A stretch of DNA of 64,000 nucleotides. Source: Eledone cirrhosa (taxonomy: Eukaryota). This document shows, one piece after another, positions 13,936 through 27,781 of the stretch. Positions within the stretch are counted from its first letter, which is position 1, and the number at the start of each line of letters is the position of its first letter. Both the position numbers and the translations under genes were made by a program. Below the pieces are notes generated by a model. It made no database searches, was not told the origin of the DNA, and was given only the letters and a program-made list of their open reading frames with translations. The stretch is from NCBI GenBank assembly GCA_964016885.1, contig OZ024740.1, positions 225,184,001 through 225,248,000 on the forward strand, given 5' to 3'.

Positions 13936-14607
13936 AGAAAATAACCATATTGTATATACAATTCTACAATACTATCTATAATGTAAAAAAACAAAGTGTT
14001 ATAATTCAATCTACCTTACCTATGAACAACAGAATGGCTCCAGAAAAGAAAGCTAAATGTATTCTTTATAGTATAACAACTACAACAATAATAATTTCTA
14101 TGATTATTGTTATGTAGGCAAGAGTTTTAGGAGTGGCATTAGGATCACTGTCAAACAATAAAACAGAACCTACACAAAATATCCCATAAAATCACAACCT
14201 TGTAAGCTATTTTAACAGGTAGTCTTACATAGTCAATACTCAGCACTATATCAAAAACTCACTCATTCGGATTCCACTCAAATGCTACACATTTCTACAC
14301 AACGCATACTCTATACAATCACTGTACAACACATAGCACAAACCTCACTACTCATTTGAAACACATACATCACCCAATGAAACAACACATCTGATAATAA
14401 ATATACTCTATATAACAGCTGAAACACTAAAATAACATGAAATATTACAAAATAACTCCCACAACAAAGCAAAATTGATGTTGTATATCCATGCATGATA
14501 CCACGTCTTCAACTGATAATGCTGCACCCACCTCAATAAAATAGAGATGCACTTGATGGTGCAGCAACAGCTCACATAAAACTGTTGGAAACATGATGAT
14601 AAATAAT

Positions 14608-15520
14608 AATTGTTTTTACATTTGGCACAAGGCCAGCAATTTGAAGGGCAGGAGAAGGTTGAATAAATCAATTCCAGTACATTACAGGTGTTTTATTTTA
14701 TGACCCTGTAAGGGTGAATGGCAAATCTAACCTTGGTGGGATTTGAACTCAGTAAGTAAAGGGCCTAAACTCTACGATAAATAAGTTGTTCTCATTTAGG
14801 CACAAAACCAGCAATTTTAGAGGAAGGATAATATCGATTAAATCAGCCCCAGTGAGTTAGTGATGCTTCATTTTATCACCACTGTAAGGATGAAAGGCAA
14901 GGTAACCTTGCTGGGATTTGAACTCAGAACGTAAAGTGACATAACTCTATGATAAATAAGGGTTTCTCATTTAGGCACTAGGCCAATAATTTTAAAGGGA
15001 GGAGAAAGTTAATTAAATCAAATCCAATGCATTAATGGCGCTTTATTTTACTGGCCGGCAAAGATGAAAGGCAAAGCTAACCATTGTTGGATTTGAACAC
15101 AACATAAGGGGCCATAATTCTATGATAAATAACGGTTTCTGATTTAGGCACAAATCCAACAATTTTAGGTAGAAGGGAACATCGAATAAATCAACCTCAG
15201 TGCATTACTGGTGCTTCATTTTACTGACTCTGTAAGGGTGAAAGGCAAAGCTGACTTTTGTGGGATATGAACTCAAACGTAAAGAGCTATAATAAATAAT
15301 ATTGATTTCTAATATAAACACAAGGCCATACATTTTGTGGGATTGGATTGGTTGAATAAGTTGATCTAGAGTTTCCCTGTTACATTATTTTATCAACTGC
15401 AGCAGGATGAAAGGTGAAGTCAATTTCAGTGGACTTTGAACACAGAATGTAAAAGACAGTAACAAAATTCCATAAGGCATTTCGTCCAAATGTTCTAATT
15501 ATTCTGACAATTCACCCACT
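14608..15520 (-). repeat. Tandem array of five ~174-bp SINE-A-related units
   Basis: GGCACAAGGCC-like motif recurs near 14622, 14796, 14971, 15143 and 15314. Each unit has a B-box and the central domain. Confidence 0.8.
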
Positions 15521-16660
15521 GATATAATAGCCACTTTGATTTCCTCTCATGAGCTTGTTCAATACATAGTAATATTGTCTTGCATAAGAAATGGATCTTT
15601 GCAATCCCTTTACATTGTCATCAACCTCTGAATCAACAAACTACCTTACATTCCATGACCAAACAAACCTCAAACTTCATCTTCACTCCTTACAACAAAA
15701 TAAACATTATGCTGGAGAAATCCCAAGTGCTTTGTTTATCAAAGAACCACAGCAGACATTATCAAAACACATGTCTGGTTGTGATGCTTATTGTCAAGAG
15801 CAATGTGATCTTCATATCTAGGCAAGTTTCGTCTTTAATAGGTTTTGTTATAGCACTTCCTATACATGTACGTTTTGCCTGGAAGGTTCAAGAAGCAATG
15901 ACAAATGCAACACCAGTCTGCTTGCAACAATGGTGTGCACAACGTAAATATTGCTTTCCTTTCCATTCTGACTAAAATTCCAACATTGCAAATAATAACA
16001 TCAAAATCATGATAATAATGGAGGTGATGGTTGTGATGATGATGAGGAAGGGGAGGATGAGGGTAAGAAGGAGGTGGATAACGTGGAGAACGATTACAAT
16101 CTGTTTTTATTTTATTTTTTAATTACTACAGCCTGTGGTTTATTTTATACATCCTAAAGGGTAACAAGAGAAACAGCAATAAAAACAAAAGACATAAGAA
16201 AAACACCTTTTCCATAAGGGAAGGGGACCCTATCCTTGAAATAATGCATTATTGATTATTTGTGTTGCAGAACAGCTTAGGAAATAATTTCCTTTATGTC
16301 TATTGATTATTGCAGTTGTTATTCTTGATATTGTTGATCAAGTGAGTTGAGAGTTTGAATGACATTCCGCTCGTCAGAGTCTCAAATTTCATATATATTT
16401 TTTTACATATGGTTTACACTCCACATATACATGAACACACATAAACACATAGATATCTACATATAAACACAGTTACTCATACAAATAATTACGCAGACAT
16501 CTAGTTAAACATATACATGCAAACCTATATATATATATATATGTATATACTTTTATACACAAACATGTGTATGCATGATCTGTTACCAAAAACCAAAGAG
16601 AAAGAATCAGATAGTCCCATAAATACAACAATCATACATTATTGTTAAGAAAATTAAGCT

Positions 16661-16726
16661 TCAAGCTATGACTATATTTCTATGCAGTTTCAAGCATCTT
16701 TCTTAATTCTTCAGATTATAACTTGA
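16661..16726 (-). ncRNA. Degenerate hammerhead motif
   Basis: CTGAAGA..AAG/CTT-GAAA-CTGCAT..ATATAG-TC-ATAGCTTGA, with upstream TCAAGTTAT as a bulged stem I. Confidence 0.45.
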
Positions 16727-16772
16727 CACATGACATTTTATATTTCTCCCCATGTATGTATATACATATTAC

Positions 16773-16807
<35 letters not shown>

Positions 16808-16870
16808 TATATATACATATGTATATCTACACACACACTCATATATATATACCTACACTCATTTATATAC

Positions 16871-16913
<43 letters not shown>

Positions 16914-17079
16914 TATATATATATATGTAAATGTATATAATGTATATAAATATATATATATATGTAAATATATATACATATATATACACATATATATATA
17001 TATACACATATATATATATATATATATACACATATATATATACACACACACATATATACAATCATATATATATATTAAT

Positions 17080-18150
17080 TGACGTAAATAGAATGAATGA
17101 CAGAATAATTAAATTAAGACTAGTTCTAAATAGATCTACTGTGACAATAATATCTGCTTATGCACCCCAATCTGGTCTACCTGATGTTATAACGGACAGG
17201 TTCGATGAGATGCTAATGCATACTACCTCCCAAATAACTGACAGTGACTACTTAATTATTTCTGGTGATCTAAACGGGCATGTTGGACAACATAGTGATG
17301 GCTATGATGGAATCCATGGAGTCTATGGGGTTGGAAATAGAAATGAGGAGGGCTTGAGAATCCTGGAATTCGGTGACGCAAATAACATAACTATCTGCAA
17401 CACAAACATCAAAAAACGTGAAAACCACTTGATCACCTATAGATCAGGGGAACACGCCAGCCAGATAGATTATATCCTTACTAGAAGACTGGACAAAATG
17501 TCTGTTGTAAACACTAAATCCCTCCCCCCGTGAAAAATGCACCTCCCAACATAGCCTAGTAGTTAGTGGCCTCATAGTCAGGAATAGATGTACTTGACAA
17601 CAGAGGAGGCGTACCTTGAGGAGAAGAATATGGAAGTTGAAGGATCCCATAGCCAGTGACAAATTTAAAAGCTTATTATTTGATGCCTTTGACAATAAGG
17701 AAGAGCAATTAGAGACGTGCAGTATAGAGGAACAGTGGCAATTCTTGAAAGTGAACCTGCTGAAAGCAACGGAGGAAATCTGTGGCTGGAGCAGACCTAT
17801 TGGCAGGAGGAGAGTAACTTGGTGGTGGAACAGTAAGGTGGAAGAGACAATCAAGGCCAAAAAGCAGGCTTGGAGAGAATGGCAGGATGGGGGAACTAGA
17901 GAGCACTATCAAGTGGCCAGGAAAGAAGCTAGGAGACAAGTGTACCTTGCAAAAAGGGAAGCAGAGGATAGAAAGTTCAAGCATGTTCTGCAACGTGAGG
18001 ACCAAAAGCGTGAGGTGTTCAGGATTGCTAGACAATGTGTCAAGGAAAACCGTGATATTGTCGGGGAGAAGTGTGTCCATAACGATAATGGTGTACTTGC
18101 CCTCACTGATACTGATAAGAAGATAGCCAGGAAGTGTCACTATGAGAAGG
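17080..18150 (+). mobile_element. RTE LINE fragment (APE endonuclease and linker)
   Basis: [27 protein letters not shown], bounded by TA-rich repeats. Confidence 0.9.
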
Positions 18151-18314
18151 ACCTTAAACAAAACAAAGACATATATTATATAATGCTCAGTATTTATACT
18201 TTGAGCTTGTTAATTACAGGGTTTCAGTATGCGTTATTAACTCTAACTTTCATTTATAAATGTATATATGTATTTACATATATATTATATATATATATAT
18301 ATACATATATATAT

Positions 18315-18445
<131 letters not shown>

Positions 18446-21400
18446 AATACACACATACACCTGTGTATGTGTGTATGTGTGTGCATGAATACTCAAAGTG
18501 TCATTGCCTCAGAAATCTATCCATTGTATAAAGTTGGTGGGTTGAATTCATTTAGATTTCCAAATATTGAGGTTGTTATTTATATCTTGTTATTTATATT
18601 TTGCTTTAGAGATATTAATGTTTTTGTTTACTTCATAACTAACATTTAAATACCAAGAGCAAAATAAGCTTTATAAACATATGTCTTTTAAATGTTTCTT
18701 GCATGTTTGCAATGGATTTAATCTTCATTTATTGAAAGCTTGTTCTAAATGTTTTCTATAACAGTTGACAATGACATGAAGATTATATAGAAGAAGCAGG
18801 GTTCTTTTGTCGCATCAAGAACATAACTTCTCAAATGGTGACATACTAAATTATACCCAGTTCACTCTGTAAAATAGTTGACGATTCTCTGTGAAGTGGT
18901 TGATGATTGACGTGACAATTTATGATAAAGACAACACTTTAATCTAATCAAGAGCATGAGAATCTCTCTTGAACCATGATAAAAATCACAGCACAACCTG
19001 TAAAGTGGTTGGTGTTAGAAAGGGTATCCATTCCAAAGTTTGGAATTATGAGCATGATGGGATCCCCTGAAGCACCTAAGGACCTTAAACAAAACAAAGC
19101 AGCAAGAGGGTAGTAACTCTGAATAAAAACTGACTAGATACATGACAACCTGTCCAACCCATACCAGCATGGAAAGCAGACATGAAATGGTTATAGTGAT
19201 AATGATGATGACAGTGATGACAGGGATAATGTTGAGGAGGATTAGTAATGTGTTGTGTTTTAAAAGATGTTTTAATCTCCAAAAGATTATAATCAAAAAT
19301 ATATTTGGACCTTTTAGTTCTTTTGTAGAAGAACATAAATCCCATCCTTGTAATACACATAAGGAGAGCTCAAAATAATTAAATATATAAATGATATATT
19401 CAAGGTTAATATATGTGTTTAAGTTTGCATAATAGAATTATCTTCCTGACTAAATAAGTGTGAAGCATAATTTTAATTTTTTTTTAATATTTTGCTTTCC
19501 TGAAAGAGAGAGAGAGCAGTGCTTATGATTCTGTTGGTAGGCTCCAGATCTAATGAGATGGAGGAAGGTAAAGTCTGATTGAAATTCAAGTGGTGGAGGT
19601 TGTTCATAAAATATTGTTATATGTTCTGAAATCTTTGACAAAGTCATAAAAGTGTTCCACACTAAAATATGTTTCAGAGTTGCTGTAACAGATTTCTAAT
19701 TACGCAGGTTCTGTTTATAAATATCCTAAAATTTGCTGCTATTTCTAACAAAATGAGCAATACATTCATGTAGGGTAAAAAATGTATTGTAAAAGTCAAG
19801 GGTGGTGAATTGATGGAATTCTTAGAGGATCAAAGGAGATGCCTTTTGGTATTAGTTCCAGATCTTTGCATTCTGAGTTCACATCCTGCTGTGGCCACTT
19901 TCAGAGACAGACTTAATCCATAAATTCGTTCAGCAGTACCTCCTGACATGGCGTGTTTTTAACAGAGTCCAATCTGTTGCAAATATTTAGACCTGGTTTC
20001 CAGTTTTTGGTTATTTTCCACCCTCCTAACAATCATAAATGTCCTTAAAAGAGGCATGGATATTGACCTTCTCTCCTTGATTATACTGTCAAAACATACA
20101 TTGTAGTTACTTACCTCAGATCTCATGGAACCATGGTTGACAGACTGAGTATAAGAAGTAATTATTACATAGGCCTATCAGTAGATCTGCTTATGTCTAT
20201 GTACACATTTCAAACATAAATACTTGATCTAACATATGTCTATTCTTTTTTTTTTGACTAATACTAAAAGTATATTATTTTCCCTGTAGAAATACCAATA
20301 GAAACTTTTATTTTGCCTGCTTTTATGAGTTCTACCCCACACAGTAAGCCAATGAAGTCTGGGATCTTGTTGATCAAATTCTATGCTATGCTATTATTTT
20401 CCCATTTTCATTGCAATTGTATAATTGCTATTCATACATCATATATAGCTGATATTTCTAAAGTTACAACCTGATCAGTTTTTTTACAGAGATTTTGTAT
20501 CTGTTACTGTATTTATTAACCTTGCATTTCTAGAATAGGATTTGTTCTACCACTTGGTCATGGAGAGAAGGGAAGCACTATATATTTTCTCTAAAATATA
20601 TTGGTATATTGGAGCCATGCACATCAAATTGTTACCACGTACTCCCAAAATGTAGCATTCCAGTAATTTTGAATTTAAAATATTTTTACTCAAAGCTTCC
20701 AAATTTCCCTTCAATAGTTGGTAAAAATTAGAGATTGCTTGGAGGAAAGGAAACCATTATCCTAAATCTGGAGACATGGTCCAAACACTTGCAATAGAGA
20801 AAACACTACTAAAGACACATAAAGGTGTTAGTGTTAAACTGAGTGACAGATTATGTCTACCAGTGAACGAATTTAAATAGCCAACATAATACCATAAATT
20901 CAAGAGCTAACAGAATATTTTATTGTAAAATTCTCCTCTCAGTATTATCATAATCAAAACTTTTCAGCATAGACAGTAATCGTTTTATTAACATTATAAC
21001 TGCTATATTTATATGGAAACAATTCTGAAACACTTTCCTGTACTAATTCCATAATTAGTATAGCTACATAAAACTTTCTGAATACTAAAGAACATATTTC
21101 TCTTATTACTACTAGCTTTCAAAATTCTTAATAAACAGTATCTACTCCTGTTACCAATCTTCAGAGCTTTCATAGTATAATCGTTCATTCATCGATATTA
21201 TCACAGCTATGTATGCATAGCCTATAAAAAGTTATAAAATGAGACAGCTGGTGTACGAGTCCAATACCTGGAGAGCCAAAGGGGCGCCCATGAATATTTG
21301 ATGCACTGCCTCTAAGAAACCTCTCATCTCTTGAATTCTGAGATGATACCTCCATCCTTGAGGCCAGAAATTGTTCTTGTTCTATCCTGCAAAATTTCTC

Positions 21401-22541
21401 TTGTGGTATCCCTATGTATGACTTCTCTTCTTCCTCTCTGTTGCTCTCCTATCTTTGTATGCTAAACCTACATCCAACCAATGCCTTTACAACTAAATAA
21501 CAATAGATCTATAGAAATTCAGAAATGCACAATGCCTTGTATGTTTATAAGAGTATCTTCCTATTTTCTCCTTTTCCTGTTCTTTGGCTATAGGATAAAA
21601 CAAAATAAGATTAAAAAACAAATAAACAAAATAAATAAAATCAACAAAACATTATAACAAAAGTGTGGGATTATGAAAATAATACAAAAATTTCATAATA
21701 TATTAAACATCAAAATTGGTGTCATTACTTAGAAAAGGGGATAATTAGTTATTCTTAAAGTATTCATATGTCAGTATTAACCTTATCCAATTTACAAAAA
21801 TTCATCTGTCAATATTTCTCACATGCCACAAGGTTAGCATGAATAGACATCAGAACGGAAAAGATTACTGAATTCACAAATATGACGAAGATACTAACAG
21901 ATAGGGCATTGTTGTTGAAAAAAAAAGCAACCCCACAAAACAAATAATAATAATTCATTTTAGCCCACTGCTAACCTCATGCACTATAGCTATTCCATCA
22001 AACTAGTTTCTCATTTTATAGCTGTCAGTGTTATACACTAAAAAGTAATTGATGCTTGACTTGCTGTTCATTGCAGCATATTCTTGGAAAACACATCAAT
22101 TTTTCCATCTGATCCTTTCAGATTGGAAGTGGCTTGACCAGATTATAGATCTGAGCCCGTTCAATTACTGAAAAGATGATGCCAACCTCCACATAGCATA
22201 CTAAGTTGAACCTATATTGAAGAGTCATTGGGGTGTTCATTCAATATATGTGTGTGTGTGTATGTGTAAGCATTGTAAGAGTGTGTACAAGAATTAATCT
22301 CCAGTTGACTTTTTTCGATATAACTTTTTAGTAGTTTGTCAATTTGTTCCTGACTTACACATATGACAGTTTTGTAAACTTCAGCAACTGCAACAACATA
22401 AAAATAATTTCAGGGACAATAATAAGAAAAATTAATATCCATAATTATATTTTATCCTTGCTTTTAATATTTGCACGTTACGGAGAAAATATTTTTTTGG
22501 TCTGCATCTATTTCTTGAATGTCTCAGTTATATCATGCTAA

Positions 22542-22583
<42 letters not shown>

Positions 22584-22590
<7 letters not shown>

Positions 22591-23009
22591 AAATAAAATA
22601 AATAAGTCAAGTGTTTAAAATTTGGCTTCGTTTATTATTGGTATATATATTTCGGTGACAGCCATCTTTGGCTGTGACCTCTTCAGACAGTCCAAATTAG
22701 ATTCCAGTTCCTCAGTGAAATAACAACCCAACCAGGAACTGGGCATATCAGAGTATTGACAAAGTTAAATACCTCAACAACATGTGTACTCGTCTATACC
22801 ACACTAATTTGGACTGTCTGAAGAGGTCACAGCCAAAGATGGCTGTCACCGAAATATATATAGCAGTAATAAACGAAGCCAAATTTTAAACACTTGACTT
22901 ATTTATTTTATTTTACATTACTCCGGAGTAACCAAACCAACATGCGCACTTCGTCGAGTGCTCCAATCTGCATACTGAGGTGTTGGTATACAACCAACAT
23001 ATACTCAAA

Positions 23010-23010
<1 letters not shown>
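22584..23010. mobile_element. Non-coding fold-back unit with hammerhead (Penelope-terminus or retrozyme-like)
   Basis: About 115-bp inverted arms 22584-22700 / 22804-22916, with (TA)n on both sides. Confidence 0.7.
22813..22867 (+). ncRNA. Type-I hammerhead ribozyme, intact core
   Basis: ACTGT-CTGAAGA-GGTCACAGCC aaagat GGCTGTCACC-GAAA-TATATA-TA|GCAGT. An inverted copy lies at about 22638-22692. Confidence 0.85.
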
Positions 23011-23039
<29 letters not shown>

Positions 23040-23040
<1 letters not shown>

Positions 23041-24920
23041 ACAAAGGAAATGTGGTAAGGAACCAGATGGACCATAACGCACCAAAGTACTCAATACTTA
23101 GTGTAGTAGAATGGGTAATAGGAACAAGTGTGACCCCGACAGCAGAGCTCAAGCCGTTTCGATGGCTAATTCTGGACTAAATAAGAATTTTTAGCCTGGT
23201 AAATAAATAGCCGAACTTCTCAGGGGGTAATTCCTTATATGGGAAGATAGTAATTGTCAAAAGGATTGGTCAAAAATGTGTTTTAAAGACAGATGATTCT
23301 ATCATGGCATTTGGTGAGAGGTAGGGGTAGCTGAACTTGCCGGTAGAACAAAGAGGGAGTGAGGGAAACCCAGTCAAGCGTTGAAAGTGAAATCTATACA
23401 GCCGATTCTAAGGATAATGTATAGATGGTCGAGAAAATTGTACTGGAGAATGGGAGGGGGGGAGGCTGAAAGAATAGGTAAATCGAAAGAGGGTAAACAA
23501 CGAAACCATTATAAAAATAAAGAAATAAATATATAAAAAACAATTTCTGGTTACCTTCCACAATCACCAAATCTCTCATTGGTATTGCTAAGCTATAGAA
23601 AAGTTTAATAGGTGGAGAAAAATACTAAATACGAGACTGTAGTGAAATAATTTTATAAAGCTGGCTTTGCGGGGGGGGGGAGTCTAACACCACTGCTATA
23701 GTTAGCTAGTAATCAGCCAATGCTATCTTACAATGACAGGTTAAAAACAAAAATACTAAATTACTAATACAAAAATACTAATACGAAATATTAATTCAGA
23801 ATACTAATACAGAAATACTAATACAAGGATACTAAGACAAAAATACCACTAAGAAATATAGAAATCACAGAAATGGAGCAGCAAGCAGAAAGAAAACAAT
23901 TTACTGGGGTATAACACATCTGCTGTAAAAAGCGTAATCGGCCAATTCTATCTTAAAATTAGGGGGATGGGGGTACTGAGGCTACAGAGGCCCGATGGAC
24001 TGCATCGGGGTAGGCCAAAAGGTGAAAAAGAGACAAGGAAGGAGATCTGGGGTGTAAGGACTAGGAAGAGATGGGGGAAGAAGGAAAAGATAAAAGATTT
24101 ACGTCTACCTTTGTAAGCAGGGGTAACCCCTTACAAAACCGGCAAGTGGGGTGTTTCAGCCCTTGTCTACCTCCCCCCCCCCCTCCCCCGGGGGTTTGAG
24201 GGCGAGGTAAGTCCTACGCAATCTGTGTTTGCATGCAGTTACCAGTTCGTCTTTCTTGTTTAGGAGTTGATCCTTTGAAAACAGCATTTGTAATGTTTCT
24301 TCTGAGCATAAGTTACACGGACGGCGTCCTCCCGTGTAAGATTTAGCTCTTGACAGTAAGCTCCAAGTGAGATTGTAGGTTATATTATTATCTTAGAGGT
24401 ACCAGATGTGGCCCGAAAGTGTAGTGGCATGACGCCGGGCCGGGCTTCGGAAAGTAAGTCCGTGTAGGTAGAGCCGGGTCTTGAAGTCACAAGCGGTTAA
24501 TCCTGTATAAGCTTTGTTGGAGGTGTCCGTCCTCACGTTTCAATGGTAGATCACATTACGATCTCTGCATCTGTTGTTGAAGGGGCAAAGGGATCTATCA
24601 GGACAGTTACACCTTCTATACACTATCCTTAGAATCTGCTGTATAGATTTCACTTTCAACGCTTGACTGGGTTTCCCCCACTCCCTCTTCGTTCTACCGG
24701 CAAGTTCAGCTACTCCTACCTCCCACCAAATGCCATGAGAGAATCATCTGTCTTTACAACAAAGTGTTGACCATCCTTTTGACAATTACTATCTTCCCAT
24801 ATAAGGAATTACCCCCTGAGAAGTTCGGCTATTTATTTACCAGGCTAAAAATGCTTATTTAGTCCAGAATTAGCCGTCGAAACGGCTTGAGCTCTGCCGT
24901 CGGGGTCATACTTGTTCCTA
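23040..24920 (-). mobile_element. 5'-truncated Penelope-like (Naiad-like) element with inverted terminus
   Basis: Manual minus-strand translation of about 24617-24200: RRCNCPDRSLCP..VIYH*NV..AYTGLT..FKTRL..PCNLCSEE..LNKKDEL..CKH (missed by the ORF track). 23118-23425 is inverted at 24616-24920. Confidence 0.9.
24811..24906 (+). ncRNA. Hammerhead-like motif, variant core CTGAGAA, long stem II
   Basis: ACCCC-CTGAGAA-..CGGCTA...TAGCCGTC-GAAA-CGGC..GCCG-TC|GGGGT. The ORF-sense copy is on the minus strand at about 23133-23229. Confidence 0.65.
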
Positions 24921-24932
24921 TATATATATATA

Positions 24933-25740
24933 TTGTTATACTTGGGTAGGGTCATATTGTTGTAATAATATTGCCAGAAATAATAACGGAACACACTCAC
25001 TGTTTTTTTGGGTTGGTTTTCGTTTCTGTATCTTTTATATCTCCATAGTTAATTTATTTGGCAATCAATGTTTATCATTGATTGACCAACATAGAGATTA
25101 AAATAATATCTAAGCATAGAAATGACTCAACAAGTAGGAAAATCAGAGAAGCAACTAACAAGAACGAAGTTGAACAGAAAGAACGAATGGAATAACAACA
25201 ACAACCATACCTAAACAAACAATACTGACATAAAGGAAATATAAAATAAATAAATAACAAGTACAATAACAACAAATACATATAAACACACACTAGTGAA
25301 CAAAGGTAGAATACAAAAACAAAAACACATACACTCAAATGCGAACACACACGCAAACGCATGCGCAGAGACAGAGACAAGAATAAATAAATTAATTAAT
25401 TAAATACAAATGGCATAGACTTTACAATACAACAGGAGGAAACATAATAGTACCACTAATAATGTCGCAGATGTGTGACGAAAGAACTTTGATAGACTAT
25501 ATATATATATATATATTTATACCAGTCTTTTTAACCGTTGGTCAATCAATGATAAACATTGATTGCCAAATAAATTAACTATGGAGATATAAAAGATACA
25601 GAAGCGAAAAACCAACCCAAACCAAACAGTGAGTGTGTTGTTATTATTTCTGGCAATATTATAACAATATGACCCTCTCCTGGTATAACGATATTTATTT
25701 CGACACACGATTTCATATAAAAAAACCTTGCAAAACAAAT
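24933..25740. mobile_element. Non-coding fold-back unit (family of 42830-44210) with a decayed hammerhead near 25452-25492
   Basis: Inverted arms at about 24935-25090 / 25537-25690. Homologous to 42830-44210. Confidence 0.7.
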
Positions 25741-25963
25741 ATATATATATATATATATAGCTGAGTGGTTAGAGAATTGGATTCACAATCCTGAGGTTGT
25801 GAGTTCAATTCCTTGACCGGGCGTCGCGTTATGTCCTTGAGCAACACACTTTATTTCACGTTGCACCTTCTATCTGGAGTTGCGACCAATAGATAGTACT
25901 AGCAACAGGAAAGACAGACGAAAACATTTTTTCCTCGGTCCAATTTGACGAAAGTCGATCGAT

Positions 25964-25995
<32 letters not shown>

Positions 25996-25999
<4 letters not shown>

Positions 26000-26737
26000 G
26001 ATATTAATATATGGAAACTATATTTATAAAACCATATTTATTTTATATATATTTGAAGGGTACCCAAAAAACTTTGGTTAACCTCGGCGGGATAATGGGG
26101 CATATAAACCAACCAAATGGAAAAAGATGAGCATTGTATATATATATATATAAGCAAAGAGATATTTAATTTACTGGTAATTTAACAAATGTATTTATTA
26201 TAACAGATTCGAAGCACTCTTCAAGTTTCCTGGAGTATAATATCAATGATATTAATAAATGGAAACTATATTTATAAAACCATATTTATTTTATATATAT
26301 TTGAAGGGTACCAAAAAAACTTAAGTACGCTCTCATCAGATAAAATACAAAATGTGTTTTATAAATAGTGACATACCCGATATACCAAACCTTATCGGTT
26401 CAGGTCCAAATTGAACCTGAACCGTTTTGGTTTGGTATATCGGGTATGTCACTATTTATAAAACAAATTTTGTATTTTATCTGATGAGAGCGTACCTAAG
26501 TTTTTTGGGTACCCTTCAAATATATATAAAATAAATATGGTTTTATAAATATAGTTTCCATTCATTAATATCATTGATATTATACTCCAGGAAACTTGAA
26601 GAGTGCTTCGAATCTGTTATAATAAATACATTTGTTAAATTACCAGCAAATTAAATATCTCTTTGCTTATATATATACAATGCTCATCTTTTTCCATTTG
26701 GTTGGTTTATATGCCCCATTATCCCGCCGAGGTTAAC
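25996..26737. repeat. About 330-bp-arm palindrome of a hammerhead-bearing repeat
   Basis: 26077-26390 is the reverse complement of 26428-26737. CTGATGA-stem II-(C)AAA-TATATA at 26481-26527. Confidence 0.88.
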
Positions 26738-27284
26738 TTTGCCTTTCATCCTTACGGGGTCGATAAAATAAAGTACCAGTAATGTACTGGGAATTGCTGG
26801 CCTTGTGCCTGAAATAGAAACAATTATTAGATTATATCATGCAGTCAATGTTACAGCAATGCTTCTACTTATATTTCAATTCTAAAACTTTGTTCACCAT
26901 ATTCCAAACATATTTCCTAAGGAAAAGATATTGAAAATGCAACTGGAGTCTTTTTAAGAATATTTATTTATTTCCTTTACTAGGTTCACAGTCCTTATGC
27001 TTTTCAAAAGTAGAAATAAATAAATAAATATTCTTAAAGAGGCTCCAGTTACATTTTCGATTTCTTTTCCTTATACTTTCCCCCATGTAGGACATCTAAA
27101 TTTTGTAATTTCAAAAAAATCATTTTCTTATATATATATATGATGCTGATGATATATATATATATGTATGGGTGTATATATATATATATGTATATATGAC
27201 AAAGGGCAGAAGAGCTCATAAGAGTCAATGACCATCCAAAAATGTGAAAATATGTATATTCATGTATGCATGTGTATGTATATG

Positions 27285-27640
27285 CGCAGGGACATAGAAA
27301 TAATCAGGCTGGATACCCGATCACATGGTTAAACCACTAGGAGTGAAGGACCCCTAGCCTTTGTCAGGGCATTCTTCTAGAAGAAGGCAACTCAGGAAAC
27401 TGGGATAACTCTGACATAAAACCTGTGGCTTAGTAGTAACCAATGATGTTGATCTTTTCTTCTTTTCAGGTTATAGCTACTGTCGCTCAGAAAGTCGGAT
27501 GGGCTCAGTGCACAGTCTTTCCTCACTTTAAAAATTATCTTCATGCACAGGCATTGCACAATAGCATTAATTGTTAATTATAAAAAAATGTTATACTGTG
27601 CAATAGCCATACTCGATAACGAGGGGGCAGCAATCATATA
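27285..27640 (+). mobile_element. Non-autonomous repeat, possibly RTE-derived, homologous to 1-390
   Basis: Shared blocks with the window start. GAAGAAGGCAAC motif resembles RTE 5' UTRs. Confidence 0.5.
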
Positions 27641-27781
27641 TGTATGGGTGTATATATATGTATATATATATATAAGGGTATATATATGTATGTATATGTA
27701 TATATATATGTATATATATTCACTTACTGCACAAATACAAACACTGTATCTGTTGAGTGCATTATAGATAAGGGCTGATTT

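Noticed and set aside
15580-15975. Overlapping 131-aa and 76-aa ORFs
   Set aside because: No recognisable domain or splice support. Probably an old repeat or chance
19900-21100. Traces of CR1/L2-like RT (also about 12130-12560 and 28560-29450)
   Set aside because: Only isolated degenerate motifs are visible, too decayed to delimit by eye
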